Assembly (NCBI GenBank): GCA_903813345.2
Contig: CAIIXF020000001.1
Location: 45,756,001-45,820,000, forward strand
DNA from: Owenia fusiformis
Taxonomy: Eukaryota
Direction of reading: 5' to 3'
DNA: 64,000 nucleotides
How positions within the stretch are numbered: position 1 is the stretch's first letter; the number at the start of each line of letters is the position of its first letter. Positions 37,901-50,404 of the stretch are shown one piece after another. Position numbers and translations under genes: made by a program. The notes beneath the pieces were generated by a model. It had not been told where the DNA came from. It saw only the letters and a program-made list of their open reading frames with translations, and did not search any database.

Positions 37901-40420
37901 ATACACGTGGGCAAGTTGAAAAGCTTGTGTAGCTTTGAGCTTATTTACCATGGTTAATTGCAGTTCAATCCCCACTTAATACCATTTCAATAGAACTCCT
38001 ATGGCGCGCCAGCGACTGGCTATCAAGAGTGCTCGGGACAAACTTGACACAGCGATATTCCGCAATCAAACCAAAATCTAGCTAATTTTTTAGATTAAAA
38101 TCTTGATTGCGGTCAAAAAAGCATGTGCAAAAATGCAGCCACAGTATGTACTAAAAACATAGCATACAACTACTGTACACGCAATTTCATTTATCACAAA
38201 AATATTTTTTTCTTCTTTTCACAACCTTTATTTTACTAAACAGGACGTTTCGGATCCTGTCTGGATCCTTTTTCAACTGTATACATTTTTGGTGAATTAA
38301 TATGACGTAATATTGTTTTTATTTAATTGTTTTGTAGCGGTTCAGTTCAGTTTTTATACAGTTGAAAAAGGATCCAGACAGGATCCGAAACGTCCTGTTT
38401 AGTAAAATAAAGGTTGTGAAAAGAAGAAAGAAATATTTTTGTGATTTGATAATCCAACCTGAAGAAAATGTTTAAGAATTGCATTTATGTTTTATGATCA
38501 ACTTTTTCAAGAAAATTGAAAACAAATAAGTTAAGAATGGAATATTTGTTTTTGTTTACACAGTTTGTGCTTATTTGAGTTATTTCCTTAGGCCGACTGT
38601 TCTATCAACAAAGACCGAGCGAAAAGTGTGTATCCATCCAAAGTCGGTAAATGCCAATGAGAAAGAGTTTGAATCTCGATGGTTTATATTCCACCTAAAG
38701 ATGAAAACTACAAATGTAAGTACCTTTTATATATTGCAGTAACACATGTAGTTTACTTATTGAAACGGTCAAGGTTGATGGCCCAAACAGCTTGATTATT
38801 GGTCTAAATGCATTTTCTTAAACTTTTGTTGTATTCGATTGCACATGCTTTATTTATATCTGCTGAAACAGGCATGCTTCAATTCTAGGTGTATCTGTAT
38901 GACCTCTCGGAGACGTCTCCCTTTCCCCTGCTGTTCTTTGGCGGCATGATATCTTCAGATGTAGGGAAACAATCGGTAAGGTTCAACATGTCAACTCGAA
39001 TGGAAAATAAAAATATTCATGCTACTTGTGCTGTTGATAATAAAATGTGTTTGCCTGTTGGAGTCATTCATAAAACATGATTAGTCTAATTAAACAGCAC
39101 TTAGAATTAATTGACTGTCAAAATTGATTTATAATGCTAATTAGCCACCTTATTAGCTGAAATTACCAATTAGAATTGGCTAAGAGCTAATTAGCTTCTA
39201 CACCAGTCTTTGAAAAAACAAGGTTGGGGTTGGAGGAATGGAAGATTCAAAATGATTTTTAGAGACATACAAATAATTAGTTAATATTGTTCTGTACATG
39301 TACAGAGGTGTATCGAAAGAGGCTGACTTTAAGGTTTTTCTCCTGACTTTTGCTTAAACTTTCCGATACTTGCCCAGGAATAACACAAACCTAAACTAAT
39401 GAGAGAATGTCTCCCACAAGGCATTAATTCAATTATTTGCAATAATTGTTATCAATTATCAGACATAGTAATTCATTTGTACTTAAAAATACATGTGTGT
39501 CTTTAGTATACCTGTGTAACAAGAACCACAAAGGACATATTGTGTGAATGAGACAAACCTTATTACATAAATCAATTGATATATTGATATATATATATAT
39601 ATTGCATGTATTATTATTAAAATTGTAGGCACAGTCACTTGTACCTGTAAGTGTTGATGAATGGATCGACTTCAATGCTTCACCTGCTACTGCCAAAATT
39701 GTAAAGGTATAGACAAGAACATATATTATTAAAATCGCACATGTATAGCATAGACTATATACAAGTTTATCAATTTAACAGAAATTTCTTACATTCTATA
39801 GAATTTTCTGTTAGATCTAGTTATAGAATACATATATGTACGTGTTTAAGCATTCTATAGTCTAAAACATGCATGTTTTACATTGTACGAATACAAATTG
39901 GGTGTTTCATAATGACCATTCCATCCACAGCCAATCCTAGATTACATGACCCATAATCTATATATCATTTTGAAGCTTATCAACTTGAAGCTTATTCTCA
40001 ACTTGTGGGCCAAATATTGTCATGATTGATCATTAAGAACTTGATTTGTCATTTTTACATTAATAGTCAATATCTCAAGCCAAATTAGTTTGATTAATCG
40101 CTCCTATTTGTAATGGATTCTAAGAAAGAGAGCGGCTCATAATATACAAGTAATCCCCTGTATCATTTACATGTAGTTGAAATAAATACAATGCATTTTT
40201 CTTTTAAATAATCATTGAAATATTCTCTGCATTGCAGGAGCTGAGGTATGAGTTTGACGCTTTGCTAGAGTACAAGATAACCCACCCATGTGTTACAGAC
40301 TGGAACCCCAGGAGTAAGGAGGGGGCCCTTATGAGGGCCATTATAAGTCTCATAACAACAGAGATGAAGATAACCACTGAAGAACATAAACAAATGACTC
40401 AGAACTATGATGATGATTGA
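13988..40420 (+). CDS. DHX36: ATP-dependent DNA/RNA helicase DHX36 (G4 resolvase, DEAH-box), 24 coding exons, about 1067 aa
   Basis: Exons: 13988-14090, 14638-14807, 15123-15522, 16248-16393, 16834-16908, 17167-17262, 18241-18320, 24536-24610, 25532-25698, 26013-26094, 27508-27648, 28093-28283, 29816-29936, 30360-30503, 30932-31049, 31406-31504, 31748-31921, 33999-34163, 34368-34467, 37452-37536, 38592-38715, 38889-38975, 39629-39706, 40238-40420. All introns are GT-AG with consistent phase; total 3204 nt. Motifs: DHX36-specific [13 protein letters not shown], Walker [56 protein letters not shown]2 [17 protein letters not shown]-fold HPKSVN. Confidence 0.96.
14132..14440 (-). mobile_element. 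Hairpin-ended non-autonomous element in DHX36 intron 1
   Basis: Inverted repeat GAATGATTTGAAGTACAATACAGGATATATTT / AAATATATCCTGTATTGCACTTCAAATCATTC, with a CCAATCAG motif at the other end. The layout mirrors 24850-25387. Confidence 0.5.
18473..20884. mobile_element. Non-autonomous DNA transposon with about 250-bp TIRs, CACTGGG termini and 5-bp TSD (Transib-like), in DHX36 intron 7
   Basis: 18473-18722 is the reverse complement of about 20635-20884; TATTT on both flanks. Contains a pyrimidine-rich (TCCTA/TCC)n tract at about 19945-20185 and repeated GATGCAACAACAC motifs. Confidence 0.88.
21244..23207 (-). CDS. Nested secreted cysteine-rich protein (signal peptide + Ly6/uPAR/Quiver-like domain + chitin-binding type-2-like domain + Pro/Ala/Tyr-rich tail), 237 aa, 4 exons
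   Basis: Exons 23207-23147, 22742-22563, 22156-21977, 21536-21244 (714 nt, all phase-1 GT-AG introns, no stops). Translation: [28 protein letters not shown]...EGCAL...[24 protein letters not shown]...[19 protein letters not shown]...[27 protein letters not shown]...[15 protein letters not shown]...[25 protein letters not shown] box upstream; AATAAA at about 21211-21206 on the minus strand. Confidence 0.88.
23236..23272 (-). promoter_or_regulatory. TATA box and Inr-like element of the nested gene
   Basis: Minus strand TATAAAAGG at 23272-23264 and TCATAGTT about 30 nt downstream (near 23240); the TATA box is about 65 nt upstream of the ATG at 23207. Confidence 0.65.
24850..25387 (+). mobile_element. 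Crypton-like (tyrosine-recombinase/DUF3504 family) deletion derivative
   Basis: Truncated ORF 24989-25144 [43 protein letters not shown] resembles the N-terminus of Crypton/DUF3504-type proteins (recalled motif). Terminal hairpin of about 130 nt at 25256-25387. Confidence 0.55.
26246..27430 (+). mobile_element. Helentron-associated non-autonomous element (HINE/DINE-1-like) with about 147-bp internal tandem repeats
   Basis: 5' ATCCCACCGAACGAAGTTCG, (CCGT)n microsatellite, about 7 copies of a ~147-bp unit, 3' subterminal inverted GTTCGGTGGGAT, hairpin GCTACTCCGTGGAGTTGC, T-rich end. Confidence 0.8.
28395..29845 (+). repeat. 52-bp tandem repeat of the DHX36 exon-13 splice acceptor plus exon start
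   Basis: Unit CATATACCTACTATCATTTTCAG|ACATGTTCAGGATCATACCCCTACACTCT, about 11 copies, interrupted by insertions at 28421-29024 and about 29347-29637. Confidence 0.9.
28421..29024 (+). mobile_element. HINE-like element with 145-bp tandem unit
   Basis: ATCACACCATC ... GATGGTGTGAT subterminal inverted repeats, (GTCGTG)n microsatellite, unit starts at 28565, 28710, 28855. Confidence 0.75.
31907..32278 (+). repeat. 20-21-bp tandem repeat of the DHX36 exon-17 end plus splice donor
   Basis: Unit TTCTACATACCC(A/T)TG|GTAGGT, about 16 copies. Confidence 0.9.
32519..33468. mobile_element. Foldback element (about 430-bp arms) with CACGGGG termini and 5-bp TSD (Transib-like), in DHX36 intron 17
   Basis: CACGGGGTACCATCGAATAATTTTGGCAACGTACCGGAG ... 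CTCCGGTACGTTGCCAAAATTATTCGATGGTACCCCGTG; ATAAG on both flanks; nearly the whole element is palindromic. Confidence 0.88.
34435..37250 (+). repeat. 40-bp tandem repeat of the DHX36 exon-19 end plus splice donor
   Basis: Unit ATGCTAAACACCCATATGTCAATGCTAACTTAG|GTAAGAC, about 40 copies, split by a HINE at 35641-36812. Confidence 0.92.
35641..36812 (+). mobile_element. HINE-like element inserted in the exon-19 donor repeat array
   Basis: ATCCCATCGAACGAAGTTCG, (CCGT)n, internal tandem repeats, GTTCGATGGGAT and hairpin GCTACGCTTTGGCGTTGC; termini closely match 26246-27430. Confidence 0.8.
38193..38445. repeat. Inverted repeat (about 90-bp arms) carrying Penelope-type minimal hammerhead-ribozyme-like motifs on both strands
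   Basis: Plus strand ACAG-TTGAAAAA-GGATCC-AGACA-GGATCC-GAAAC-GTC-CTGT (38358-38398); exact reverse complement at about 38240-38280. Confidence 0.7.
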
Positions 40421-41384
40421 GTTATGTACATGTTCACTGTACCAAAGTGTGCTAACTGTAGAATGTACAGTATGTCCATATGGACATGGACATGGGAGTC
40501 AATGGATGGAAAAAATGGGACCGAAAAAAAGTGTTCAAATTGGAAGGTGTTAGGATTAGCCAGGTGTTCAGATATACAGGTTCTACTGTATATCTAAAAT
40601 GTTGCCCCTCATATGCCTGGGTCTTATTTGCTCCGATTCATCGGCCATTCGGACATTAGACAAAGTCTAACAAATCATGAACGAATCAAACTAAAATTCC
40701 TTATAAAACCGGAATCAAATGTTTTAAATGAAATCCAAGTTAAACATGGGTATTGTCAAACTTATCCCCGATTTAACAATGATGCAAAAATCCATCCTTT
40801 GATCATTAGTTTAATCACAAGTTCTGGTTATGTGGATTATAAAGTTAAAACTCTTAAAGAATAATCCCTTGTCATTGAAAATGATACCGAGACCCTCATA
40901 CTTCTCCCGGGATACTTCTCTTTAAACCAGACTCGATATTTGGAATACACTCTCTGTATAAAACACATTATTTAAACCCTCAAAATGAATATATTCAGGC
41001 CCGTAGCCCCCCCCCCCCCGGCCAAAACATCTTTCAAATCATGCAGTTTTCACCATTCTGCTCTGAGCACTTTTTTAAGTGATTCTGGCTAATTTTGGAC
41101 CAAAATTGTCACAAGTGAACCACTTCTGGAATTTTTCAAAAAGTGAATCCCCCTTGGCAACTCCTGGCTACAGGCCTGATACTCTTTGGTGTAAAATAAA
41201 GGTAATTTTGCTTAGCGCCTGTTTCGAGATTCGCAAAATTGAACCCTGATTCAATCCATTCCTAGCAGAACACCAAACGCTGAAAAAGGACACATCGTGA
41301 AAGGAAACAAAAATATTATTTTCAAAGTGCCGAAACAAACATGTCTTATTGTATTTTATGGCTATATCAATTGAATACATGTTA

Positions 41385-42268
41385 CAGGGACGTAGCCAGC
41401 CTTCAGTCAGGGTGGTGCTATCGTCAAAAAATCGGTTTTCAGTCGGGGGGATGCGATTGTGGCATATAAACAAGCCAAAAATATCTTGATTTTTACAAAA
41501 ATTGATGCGAATTCCTTCAAAATTGAACTAGAAGTTTCAAATGAAAGCCATTCAAAGCTCCTTTCTTCTTCCTTCTCTATTGGTTAAGCGAATCGCACCC
41601 CCCCCCCCTGGTTACGCCTATGTGTTAAAACTTTACACAATATCAATATTTAGAAACTGTATCTTGTAAGTGGCTTACTAAGCATCAGATCAATCACTAA
41701 GAACCCCTCTTATCTGCCGTTTGCGTTTGGAAGGATAAAGACAAAGGGGACGCGGCTACATGTATATCGCGATAACGTGAAATCTTTATGACATATCCCT
41801 TCACCAGAGCCTACACCAATATTCTTAACACCACTTATTAAAGGATGCATGCATCAAGGGGTAGACATCATTCAAAAGACATAAACATGACCGGGTCGGT
41901 CAGGGGAAGGTTTGCATACGATGCAATTTGTACATGCAAGCTCATTTTTCACATATAAATTAATAAAGTCGATTCCTTGGGAATACGTTATTGGGTTTAT
42001 AAGCGTAACGAAGAGAAGCGATGGGGTCGCACCCCCTCCTACAAGCAATAAAAGGTACCATAAGGTAGAGGAAGAAAAGAGCATTAAATTGATTTTTTGT
42101 TTGAAGCTTCTAGCTCAGGTTTGAAGGAAGTTGCATTATTTTCGTAAAAATTCAAAACAAATATTTTTTGCCTCATTTATGTCACGATCGCACCCCCCGA
42201 CTGAAAACCTAAAATATTTTGGTGATTGCATCACCCCTCCCCCCGACTGAAAGCTGGCTACGGCCCTG
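41385..42268. mobile_element. hAT-like MITE
   Basis: CAGGGACGTAGCCAGCCTTCAGTC ... GACTGAAAGCTGGCTACGGCCCTG. A related small element lies at 40996-41178 (CAGGCCCGTAGCC...GGCTACAGGCCTG). Confidence 0.65.
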
Positions 42269-44659
42269 GGGTTTTATCGAAAACTATATCGTCAACATTT
42301 TATCATTATGCGGAAAGTCCAATATGAAATCTTAAATGGTAAATATGTTGCATTTATGGAGGGAATTCCACTGTAAACTATAATGTGAATGTTTGATATG
42401 AATACTTCCATACAACCATCAATATCCATTCTTTTGAAATAAGATGTTACAACAAAGGGAATATTGAAAACTACAGTGGTTAGAGCATCTTTCTGACTGC
42501 TAATTATGTGTATCAACATTTTGATTGCACCTCAGCTGGAGATTAAATCTTATAATAATTTGATCAAAGGGATTGTAATTTTCCCCAATTCGCTTATCTA
42601 TGTTACAATCTGTATACTTGTTATATTGTGAGCGGTATGTGTTGATAAACCAAAAAGATATGTTTTTTGGATATCAACATTTAGAAAAAAGTGTAAGATA
42701 CCATTCTATATGTTTATCTTAGTGTTTAGCATAGGTAAGAATGGGGGATGGGCTGGCGAGGGTCCGTCTTTGAATAATTCCAAGGGGTTCATATATTATC
42801 ACAATTTTGCTACAAAATCACTTGGAAAGTACATGATTTGAAAGATTATTTGGCCAAGGCGTCCGCTATTAACATGAGTATGAATTTTATAAAAAAATGT
42901 CAAGCCAATGGACCCACATTTTAAGACAGATTTTTCCATTTTCTGGTATAAGAATCGGTGTGGAAAATATGTTACCCCTCAATTGTGGTACGGCATTGGT
43001 CCCGGGGCATTGGTCTAGTTGTTACACATATCCTTCATTTGAGGTTGTTTATGATCATTTTACTCAAAGATCTGCCTTCTTCTCGGGGCAATCGATATTT
43101 CGAATGGCCTTGGTCTTATATTCTGGATATTTGGTACCCGGGGGTATGGCATTGGTTCTATATTTTGTTTGACATGGCATTGGTCTTGTGTTTGGACATT
43201 TGATATGGCTTTTTGGGGTTTATTTTAGTTTGTATGAGAACACATTTAATGCCACCCCCCCCCCCCCAATTACAAATCTACATCTATTCTCTCTATCCCA
43301 AAGGTGGATCGGAAGCATGAAAAACAGATGCAGACTCGGGACAGTTGCAAGGGGGGCTATAATGGAGAAATTCGTTTTGATTTTGAGTCTAACTGAAATA
43401 TTTTGTCACAAATATTAATTAAATACGCAAATAGCCTGTTTTATTAAATGAGACTAGGGCAAAAAATCTATTCATTAAATCTAAAGCCTAGACGATATCT
43501 TCTGTAATCAAGGTGGTTTTGGTACACTTCCGCAATTATAAAAACAAAAACATAGACTAAGTTATTAATCTTTTGATATCATATCAGATTAAGTCAGTTT
43601 TGTCTCCGATTGTTATGCAGGTGTGTGTATCGACTCCAGTGAACAACATTAAGTGAATCAATCCTTGAAATTCCCAAATTCATTCCAAATTCTGGCCGTT
43701 AACCCCCCCCCCCCCCCTCCCCCATGTCTCTTAATTACATTTATTTTGCAAATGATATATAAATTATAGATTAAAATATTTCATTTTCGAATTGCACAAA
43801 GGGCAACATGTGAAGATAAAACCGCGATCCTAAAGCTACTTGCGAAACAAAGTGGTTTATGGTCCCCAATATCATTATTATATTAATACCAATACAATGT
43901 ACCTCTATGAATATCATAAATTTACTCCTTTTTAATATCAATAGTCAAACAAATTAAGTAGTATGCTACAGTTGGTTATCAATCGGAGTTCACGACCTAT
44001 TGATTACTATTTAATACAAAATTTAACCATTTTAGAATGGGTAACTCACACCCCTCCCCCCCCCCGTCCATGTCCATGTGAAGTGCGTAGACTGACATAA
44101 TAGTGCCATTTATTAATTAAACATCACTGATTTATGTTGAGACATTCAGTGCGATTATTTCATTTCTTTGTTCAAAAAGTTAAAGCACCAATTAAATACA
44201 TATTTTTATCACACAAAAGGGGCAGAATACTTGACCTTGTATCAATTCATATCCCGATAATTCTTTACAAGGGAATGTTTCTTATTAAAACATAAGCAGC
44301 GCCTAGGCGTCGATTGGGGGGGGGGGTCAATCCGGTGTTCTCAGGCTATGTACAGCCAAGTATCCTGTTTATGTAAGAACCCTACGTTCCCGAATCACAA
44401 TCAGACAATTAATTAGTATATTTGCTGTGTCTAGCAATTGATCATAGAATTAGATGTTGCGAAAACAATGGGAACTTGTACCTGTCTGTACAACAAAATA
44501 GTCTGTTTAATATTTGCTACATGTACTTGTTCCAAACAGTCTGCGAAAGAATGATTAAAAAATATATCGATTAAAAGTATCAGAGAAAATACTTGCAATC
44601 GTTAAAATACTGTATGTATTGCTATTGGTAATTAGGTTAGTTGTTTACACATAATTATG

Positions 44660-45440
44660 TTGTTCAGTGTGCCAAGAGCGTGTCAAGAGATTCCATTAAT
44701 TGTCACAGGGCGTGCAAAGACTTTTTGACATGGTCTTTACACGTCTTTGCACTGCGTGTGCCAAGAAGTGCAAAGAGGTGTAAAGAGTTGAATTCATCGC
44801 GTGTCAAGAGGTGTAAATAATTGGCACGTCTAGAAACCCGGCGTGTAAAGACCAGTTTCTAGACGTGTCAAGAGTTGGAATCCCATATTTCACGCAGTGC
44901 ATGATGTCGAGTTATTTATGTGCATATATGGACAAGATGTGCAGTTTTTATGTGCTTTTAGAAATTTTGTCAATGATATCCAGTTTTTTTGTGCATTTTG
45001 AACTTGATGTGCATGAGCATTTCTTATGTGCATTTAGAAATTATGAACATGATGTGCAGTTGTTTATGTGCATTTAGAAATTATGAACATAAAACTGTAT
45101 ACATTTGTTATTTAAGAAAATGACATTTACATTTGTTATTCAAGAAAATGACATTGTACATTTGTTATTGAAGAACATGACATCGTTTGCATTTGTAAGT
45201 CATGAACATAAAACTGTATACATTTGATATTCATTGCCAAGGCAATGTATTCTTTTGTTATTTCAGTACATGCCATTGTATGTATTTGTCATTCAAGCTC
45301 ATGACGTTGTATGTGTTTCTTATTGAAAAATCTGGAGACGGCATACATGTACATGGTTGTTCAAGCTATGAACAGCTGTTATTCAAGTTCTGGACAGATT
45401 CACATTTTTGTTCAAGATCTGGACATGTTATATATTTCTT
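44660..45440. repeat. Degenerate low-complexity tandem repeats (GTGTCAAGAG-type, then CATTTGTTATT-type)
   Basis: Recurrent GTGTCAAGAG/GTGTAAAGA, then ATGTGCATTTAGAAATTATGAACAT and ACATTTGTTATT units. Confidence 0.55.
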
Positions 45441-46569
45441 TTTGAAATTCTAAATTCTAACTGAAATAAATTGTTTATTGATAATTATGTACATCTTGTA
45501 TGTCTTGGATATAAATTCCAATGTCACGTGAGGAACTAGTTTAGTTAATCTCCATTTGCAAGCGCAGTTGATTTTCATAATATACATACATGTACTGGTA
45601 ATCAGAAACTTTCCTGACATACCATGGAGGATCATCAAACTCGATACTCTTGTGCCATTAATTGAACAATTTAGTAAAAATATTTTTGTAAGGTTCTCTT
45701 TGGACCAAGTATTTCATTGAAAGATGGACATTACCAATATTTTGGTAGCATTCAAGCTTCATCAGCAGTTCTAGTCTTTAAAATATGAGTAATATTGTTA
45801 CCAAATTGGTCTACAGGTCAACGCCGGGCAATGGAGTATCAAGTTTGAATAACGGCTGCCAATCCTCCTTGCTGACATATTTTACAAATAGTGACTGCCA
45901 TTGAGGGACTATTACTGTAGCCTATGGCAGTCTGACCCAACCAAAGCAAATAAAAACAAGTGGTGACATATTGAATATTTATAGCAACTCCCTTGTTCAT
46001 GTCTAATTTACGTCACACGTATGCAACAAGAAAGCGGTTTACGAAGAAGACCGACCACCAACCAGTCACTCTACACAGTTAGGTGCATTTGGTCTGTGGT
46101 CGTCTGTCTATCTTTTACATAAAGATGAGTCGATTCAGAATTAGAAGAGGGAAATAAAACAAAAACCAATGCCTTAGTAGATTTACAAGGTCGTGATAAA
46201 AATGTGTTTAACCATCCATCACATCAAAAACGCACATCAAAAACGTAACTTCGTCGTGGTCTGTAATGTCATATTTTTAGAAGACAAATTTCATTCTGAT
46301 TAGTCACTTTGGAACATGATGAGAAAACGTACATGTATGTAACATTACATCATATTCAGTATGAAAATAACAAAAAGATACACTTAACATTGTCGGACTT
46401 TAAAATCACGTTGTCATCTTTTTAAAGATTAATTATTGTTAAACTTAAATCGATATCTTGTAAAACCTACATTCAATATGACAAAAAGAGCTTTCTGCCC
46501 ATCAGTTCAAAAAATTCTGAGAAGACTGACCTAACATATTTCCCGGAACTGGAGGGGGTACTCCCATAT

Positions 46570-46971
46570 ATTGGAGACCTTGAGCAATGCAGATTACAGA
46601 TTACAAAATCGAAACGTCAACATGTACGCATAAATTGCCAAACACAAGGACGTAGTTTTCACATAAATCGTTCAGTTACAGTGTTTACTTAAATTGTATT
46701 CGCGAATGCAACTCAGAACGCCTGTTGGCTGCTGTATAACCATGGGCTTTCAACTAGAAAACCCTTGGTCACAAAATCCATGGGCTCTATCAGAGCCCAT
46801 GCAAAATCGTAGGTTAATCCGGTAGCCGACAGGCGTTCAGAGTACAAGGTTAGTCCGTTACTTCGACAACTCGTAATCATCGTATAATATGCAATTATAC
46901 ATGTATGACATACATCATTTTCTTCGGAAAGCGTCTGTGCATTGAAATCAAAATTGTCTCCAAGTCTCCAA
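46570..46971. mobile_element. Probable MITE
   Basis: ATTGGAGACCTTGAGCAAT ... ATTGTCTCCAAGTCTCCAAT, imperfect terminal inverted repeats. Confidence 0.45.
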
Positions 46972-49900
46972 TGGTTTTATTGGCTAAAGTGGGTCACTTT
47001 TTCACTGAAAAATCCTTACGCCGGGATCATAAGGGTCCCATTTTGAAGAAAAAAATAGACGTGGCACTGAAAACGGCTTAAGTGTGAAACAAATTTTGTT
47101 AAAAATTCAAAAAAGCATTAAAATTATTTTTTCAAATAGACATGTAGTATGTATCTGTATACATTTATACACACGTCACTGAAAGCATTGAAGTAAACTC
47201 CAAGGAACAACAGGTGGAATTTCAAATTGAAATTAGGGGCCGTCTCAAACGTGACGATTTTCACATTTCAAGTCCGTGATTAATATGCCAAGATATTCAC
47301 ATTAGAATGCAACATTGTCAAAAAACCAAGGACTTTCCTCATGCTACTCTACTGTCCTTTAAAATCATAAATGAATTTGGACTACAAGTATTTTCCTTTT
47401 GATGTACATCACTTGTCGACATGAGACATCTGAATCCATCATTTTTCTCGATTTTTTTCATACGTTGTGTTTTTAATTTGAGTAAAATTGAAAGGGGTCG
47501 AAACTATTGGAACATGAATTGATTCGGCCATGAAAAATGATGCTTTAGACGAATAGAAAATGATAAAAAAAATATTAGGGGTCCCGGGAGCATTGATCAT
47601 TAGGCTGGATCAACATTTTTCCGCGTGTCGTTTTTCACAAGAAAATTGGAAACAAATGACAATGAGTTATATGTTCACTAAAGATAAGTTTTTATTCACG
47701 GATGGGCATTTTTGATGACTATAGCTAGCTGAATTGAGAAACAAGATTGTATTTGTGTCTTATATTTTCACCTTTATGTTTAATTTTCCTTCAAAACTCG
47801 ACCAGCATGAATAGCAGAATCGTGCCGTGTTTCACTATCTCCAAGGAAAAAGCAGTTACGTACATGTTTTAGCTTATATACAGTACATGTTACATACAGT
47901 GTATGTGGACTCATATGCAATCATAGTTTATACCATGTATGTACTGACACATTTTTTCTATTTTCAATAACTATGTGCAAACCACATTATTTATCTTTTT
48001 TAAATCAACTTCCCAAAAATGTCACTGGTTCAAAAAACCAGCTTTTTTACATTTTACATCGATGGTGCAAATGCCAGGTCGTCAAGCACCCATCACCCTA
48101 GTTCCCTTTTAATCTCTTATCGTGTATAAGGTAAGACACTTTGATTTGTTTTTTACAATTTGAGAAACTTTTTACGATGGATGTAGACCAGCTGCAGGGT
48201 GACGTAGTGAAGTCTTTTCTGCATGCACCGCAAACAGCAGGGCAACCATACATGTTCATTCCCAAATGGCATTAACGGCATTCAATCATGCATCAGAAAA
48301 GTCAGTTTTAAAGATTTCAAATTTAAAGAGAGACTTTTTCATTTAAAATACTTAAACGGTATCTCTACTTGATTGTACATTATCATTTGAAAGATATAAG
48401 GATGATATTTCTGGCTTATTTAAGTCTGACGAAGCCAAAGGATGAAAATCATCTGCACTGTGAATATGAAATTTTATTTTCTTCTGCGGTGCACTTCATC
48501 GATGTCCCGATCTCATCACACTTTTTGGACATTTTTCATGGCGACCGAAAACGTTCTTATAGTTATGTTTTGCTTCATTCGAGCTAAGTCGCCAGAACGA
48601 ATTATTTTTGTCAGACTCGATACTTTTCCAATGGTTTCTGATATCTAATCACAAAACTCTCAGCATAAACTTAATTCTTTCCTGCGATTTTCAGTTTTTC
48701 TTTGACGTTCTGGAAGTTTAATTTTCGGTGCAATGGGTTACCCCGGTTTTGCTTTAGAGAGAGAGAGAACCTTGAAAGAATTAATCTCGCTTTGTTGGCT
48801 ACATTCTCGAAGCGTGTATTTTGGGTTTCTGATTTCTTTTTGCTAGTCGGTTGGCGATATATTTCAAAGAAGAGTGTATTTTTGAATTGCTTGCCATACA
48901 TTTTCTTTAATATTCTCGGGCATAGCTTAGTTTTTGCTTTTCTCTGTCTCTTTTCCAACGAATTGCGTTTCTCGAAGGCATATTGAATATTACAGATCAT
49001 ATACAGATCGTGCAAATGGAATTCAAGAAAATAATAATTAATTATAACACAAAAACATCGTTGAAAAGCTTTAATCTTTCATATTACTTAATTAGAGTTT
49101 TCGGTTTATGCTGTTCTCCATTAATAATAATTGCATTAATTGAAAAGAAAACAGAATGCAAACATTAGGGGGCTTTATGATTGATTTCAGCGATCCCCGG
49201 GAATACACTGAACGAAACGTTATTTACTGAGGGTCAACTATTTTTGGCTTTAAATAATGGTCTTCATATAACATTTTTTGTTATTACTTTTCCGATAAAT
49301 TATGCTTATGGAATATCTTAATAACTTGTCATTTGCTTGCATGTTACGTATTATTGTAAAGACGTATAAATTGTAAAAAGCACATTTACAAAAGGGCAAA
49401 TTCGTTAGCTGTTATCGTTTCCTTATCTATAAGTTGATCTTTATGCGTAATTACTGAATAACTGCTGAACATGTGTTTTAAGAATATGGGTCATCATATA
49501 AAATTAAACCAATTCATCTGGGATTTATAAAAATGGCTAATCATTGCTTTGAGTTCCGGCAATGCTAAAACCGTGACGTTTTTCTCGCGTGACGTTTGTC
49601 ACAGTATTAGTTCATAGATGGGGTAATGCTGGTTATTTCGAAAATCCTTTTTTGTTATGATGGAGTGGACATATTGTTTTCTTGGAAATTGCCTTATTCC
49701 CATCAAGACTACTGTCAATATATGAGTAACATCACGGTCGTTTTTCACAAGCAAAACGGTCACAGTGAATCTTCAGAATTTATCAGATCATGCTCATTAT
49801 AATCCAATCACAACTATTATCACGATTTGTGACACGATGGTCTGATAAACTGAACTAAAGACTTGATAAATACAGATCATTTATTTATTTCGAGTTTCCC

Positions 49901-50404
49901 TACTGCCGTCTGGGCCCGTTTTAACGACCGTGACGTTTTTCACAGAAATTTTTTTACATTTAGGCTACTATAATGGGTATATATAATCGGTAGTAGGTGA
50001 GAAGCAAATACACTGCTGTCATCACACCGTCTGACTGAATGTTTTCTATACCAACAAAACAAAAATGAAAATATGCGACCATTTATGACTGAGATATGAC
50101 ATGTTTTCACAGGCGTGTTGTCCCGTTTCATCAACAAATTCACGAAATTCACAACTTATTCGCGAGTTATCAAAGTTATTTACAACCGGAATGAGAAAAA
50201 AATCCCTTGATGTGGGTAGATACTTTGAATCTCAGCTGCACCTCCCTGTACAAAAAGTTAACCAGTGCCCCCCCCCCCCCCCGGTTAGTTCCCTTGAAAA
50301 AGTTCCACGCCTACTCTGAGAGGTTGTGGATGGACTGCTCATTTTACGAACGAACTTCGGCACGCGAGTTCTGTCGTTCGTTGAATCAGCGTAACCAATT
50401 CAAG

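Noticed and set aside
38758..38795. Second hammerhead-like motif (TTGAAACGG...CCCAAAC)
   Set aside because: The GAAA core is missing and the stems are poor.
42897..50150. Assorted 60-115-aa ORFs between DHX36 and C8orf33, and also 57334-57663 and 59294-59612
   Set aside because: No recognisable domains or consistent splice structure; repeat-like AT-rich context.
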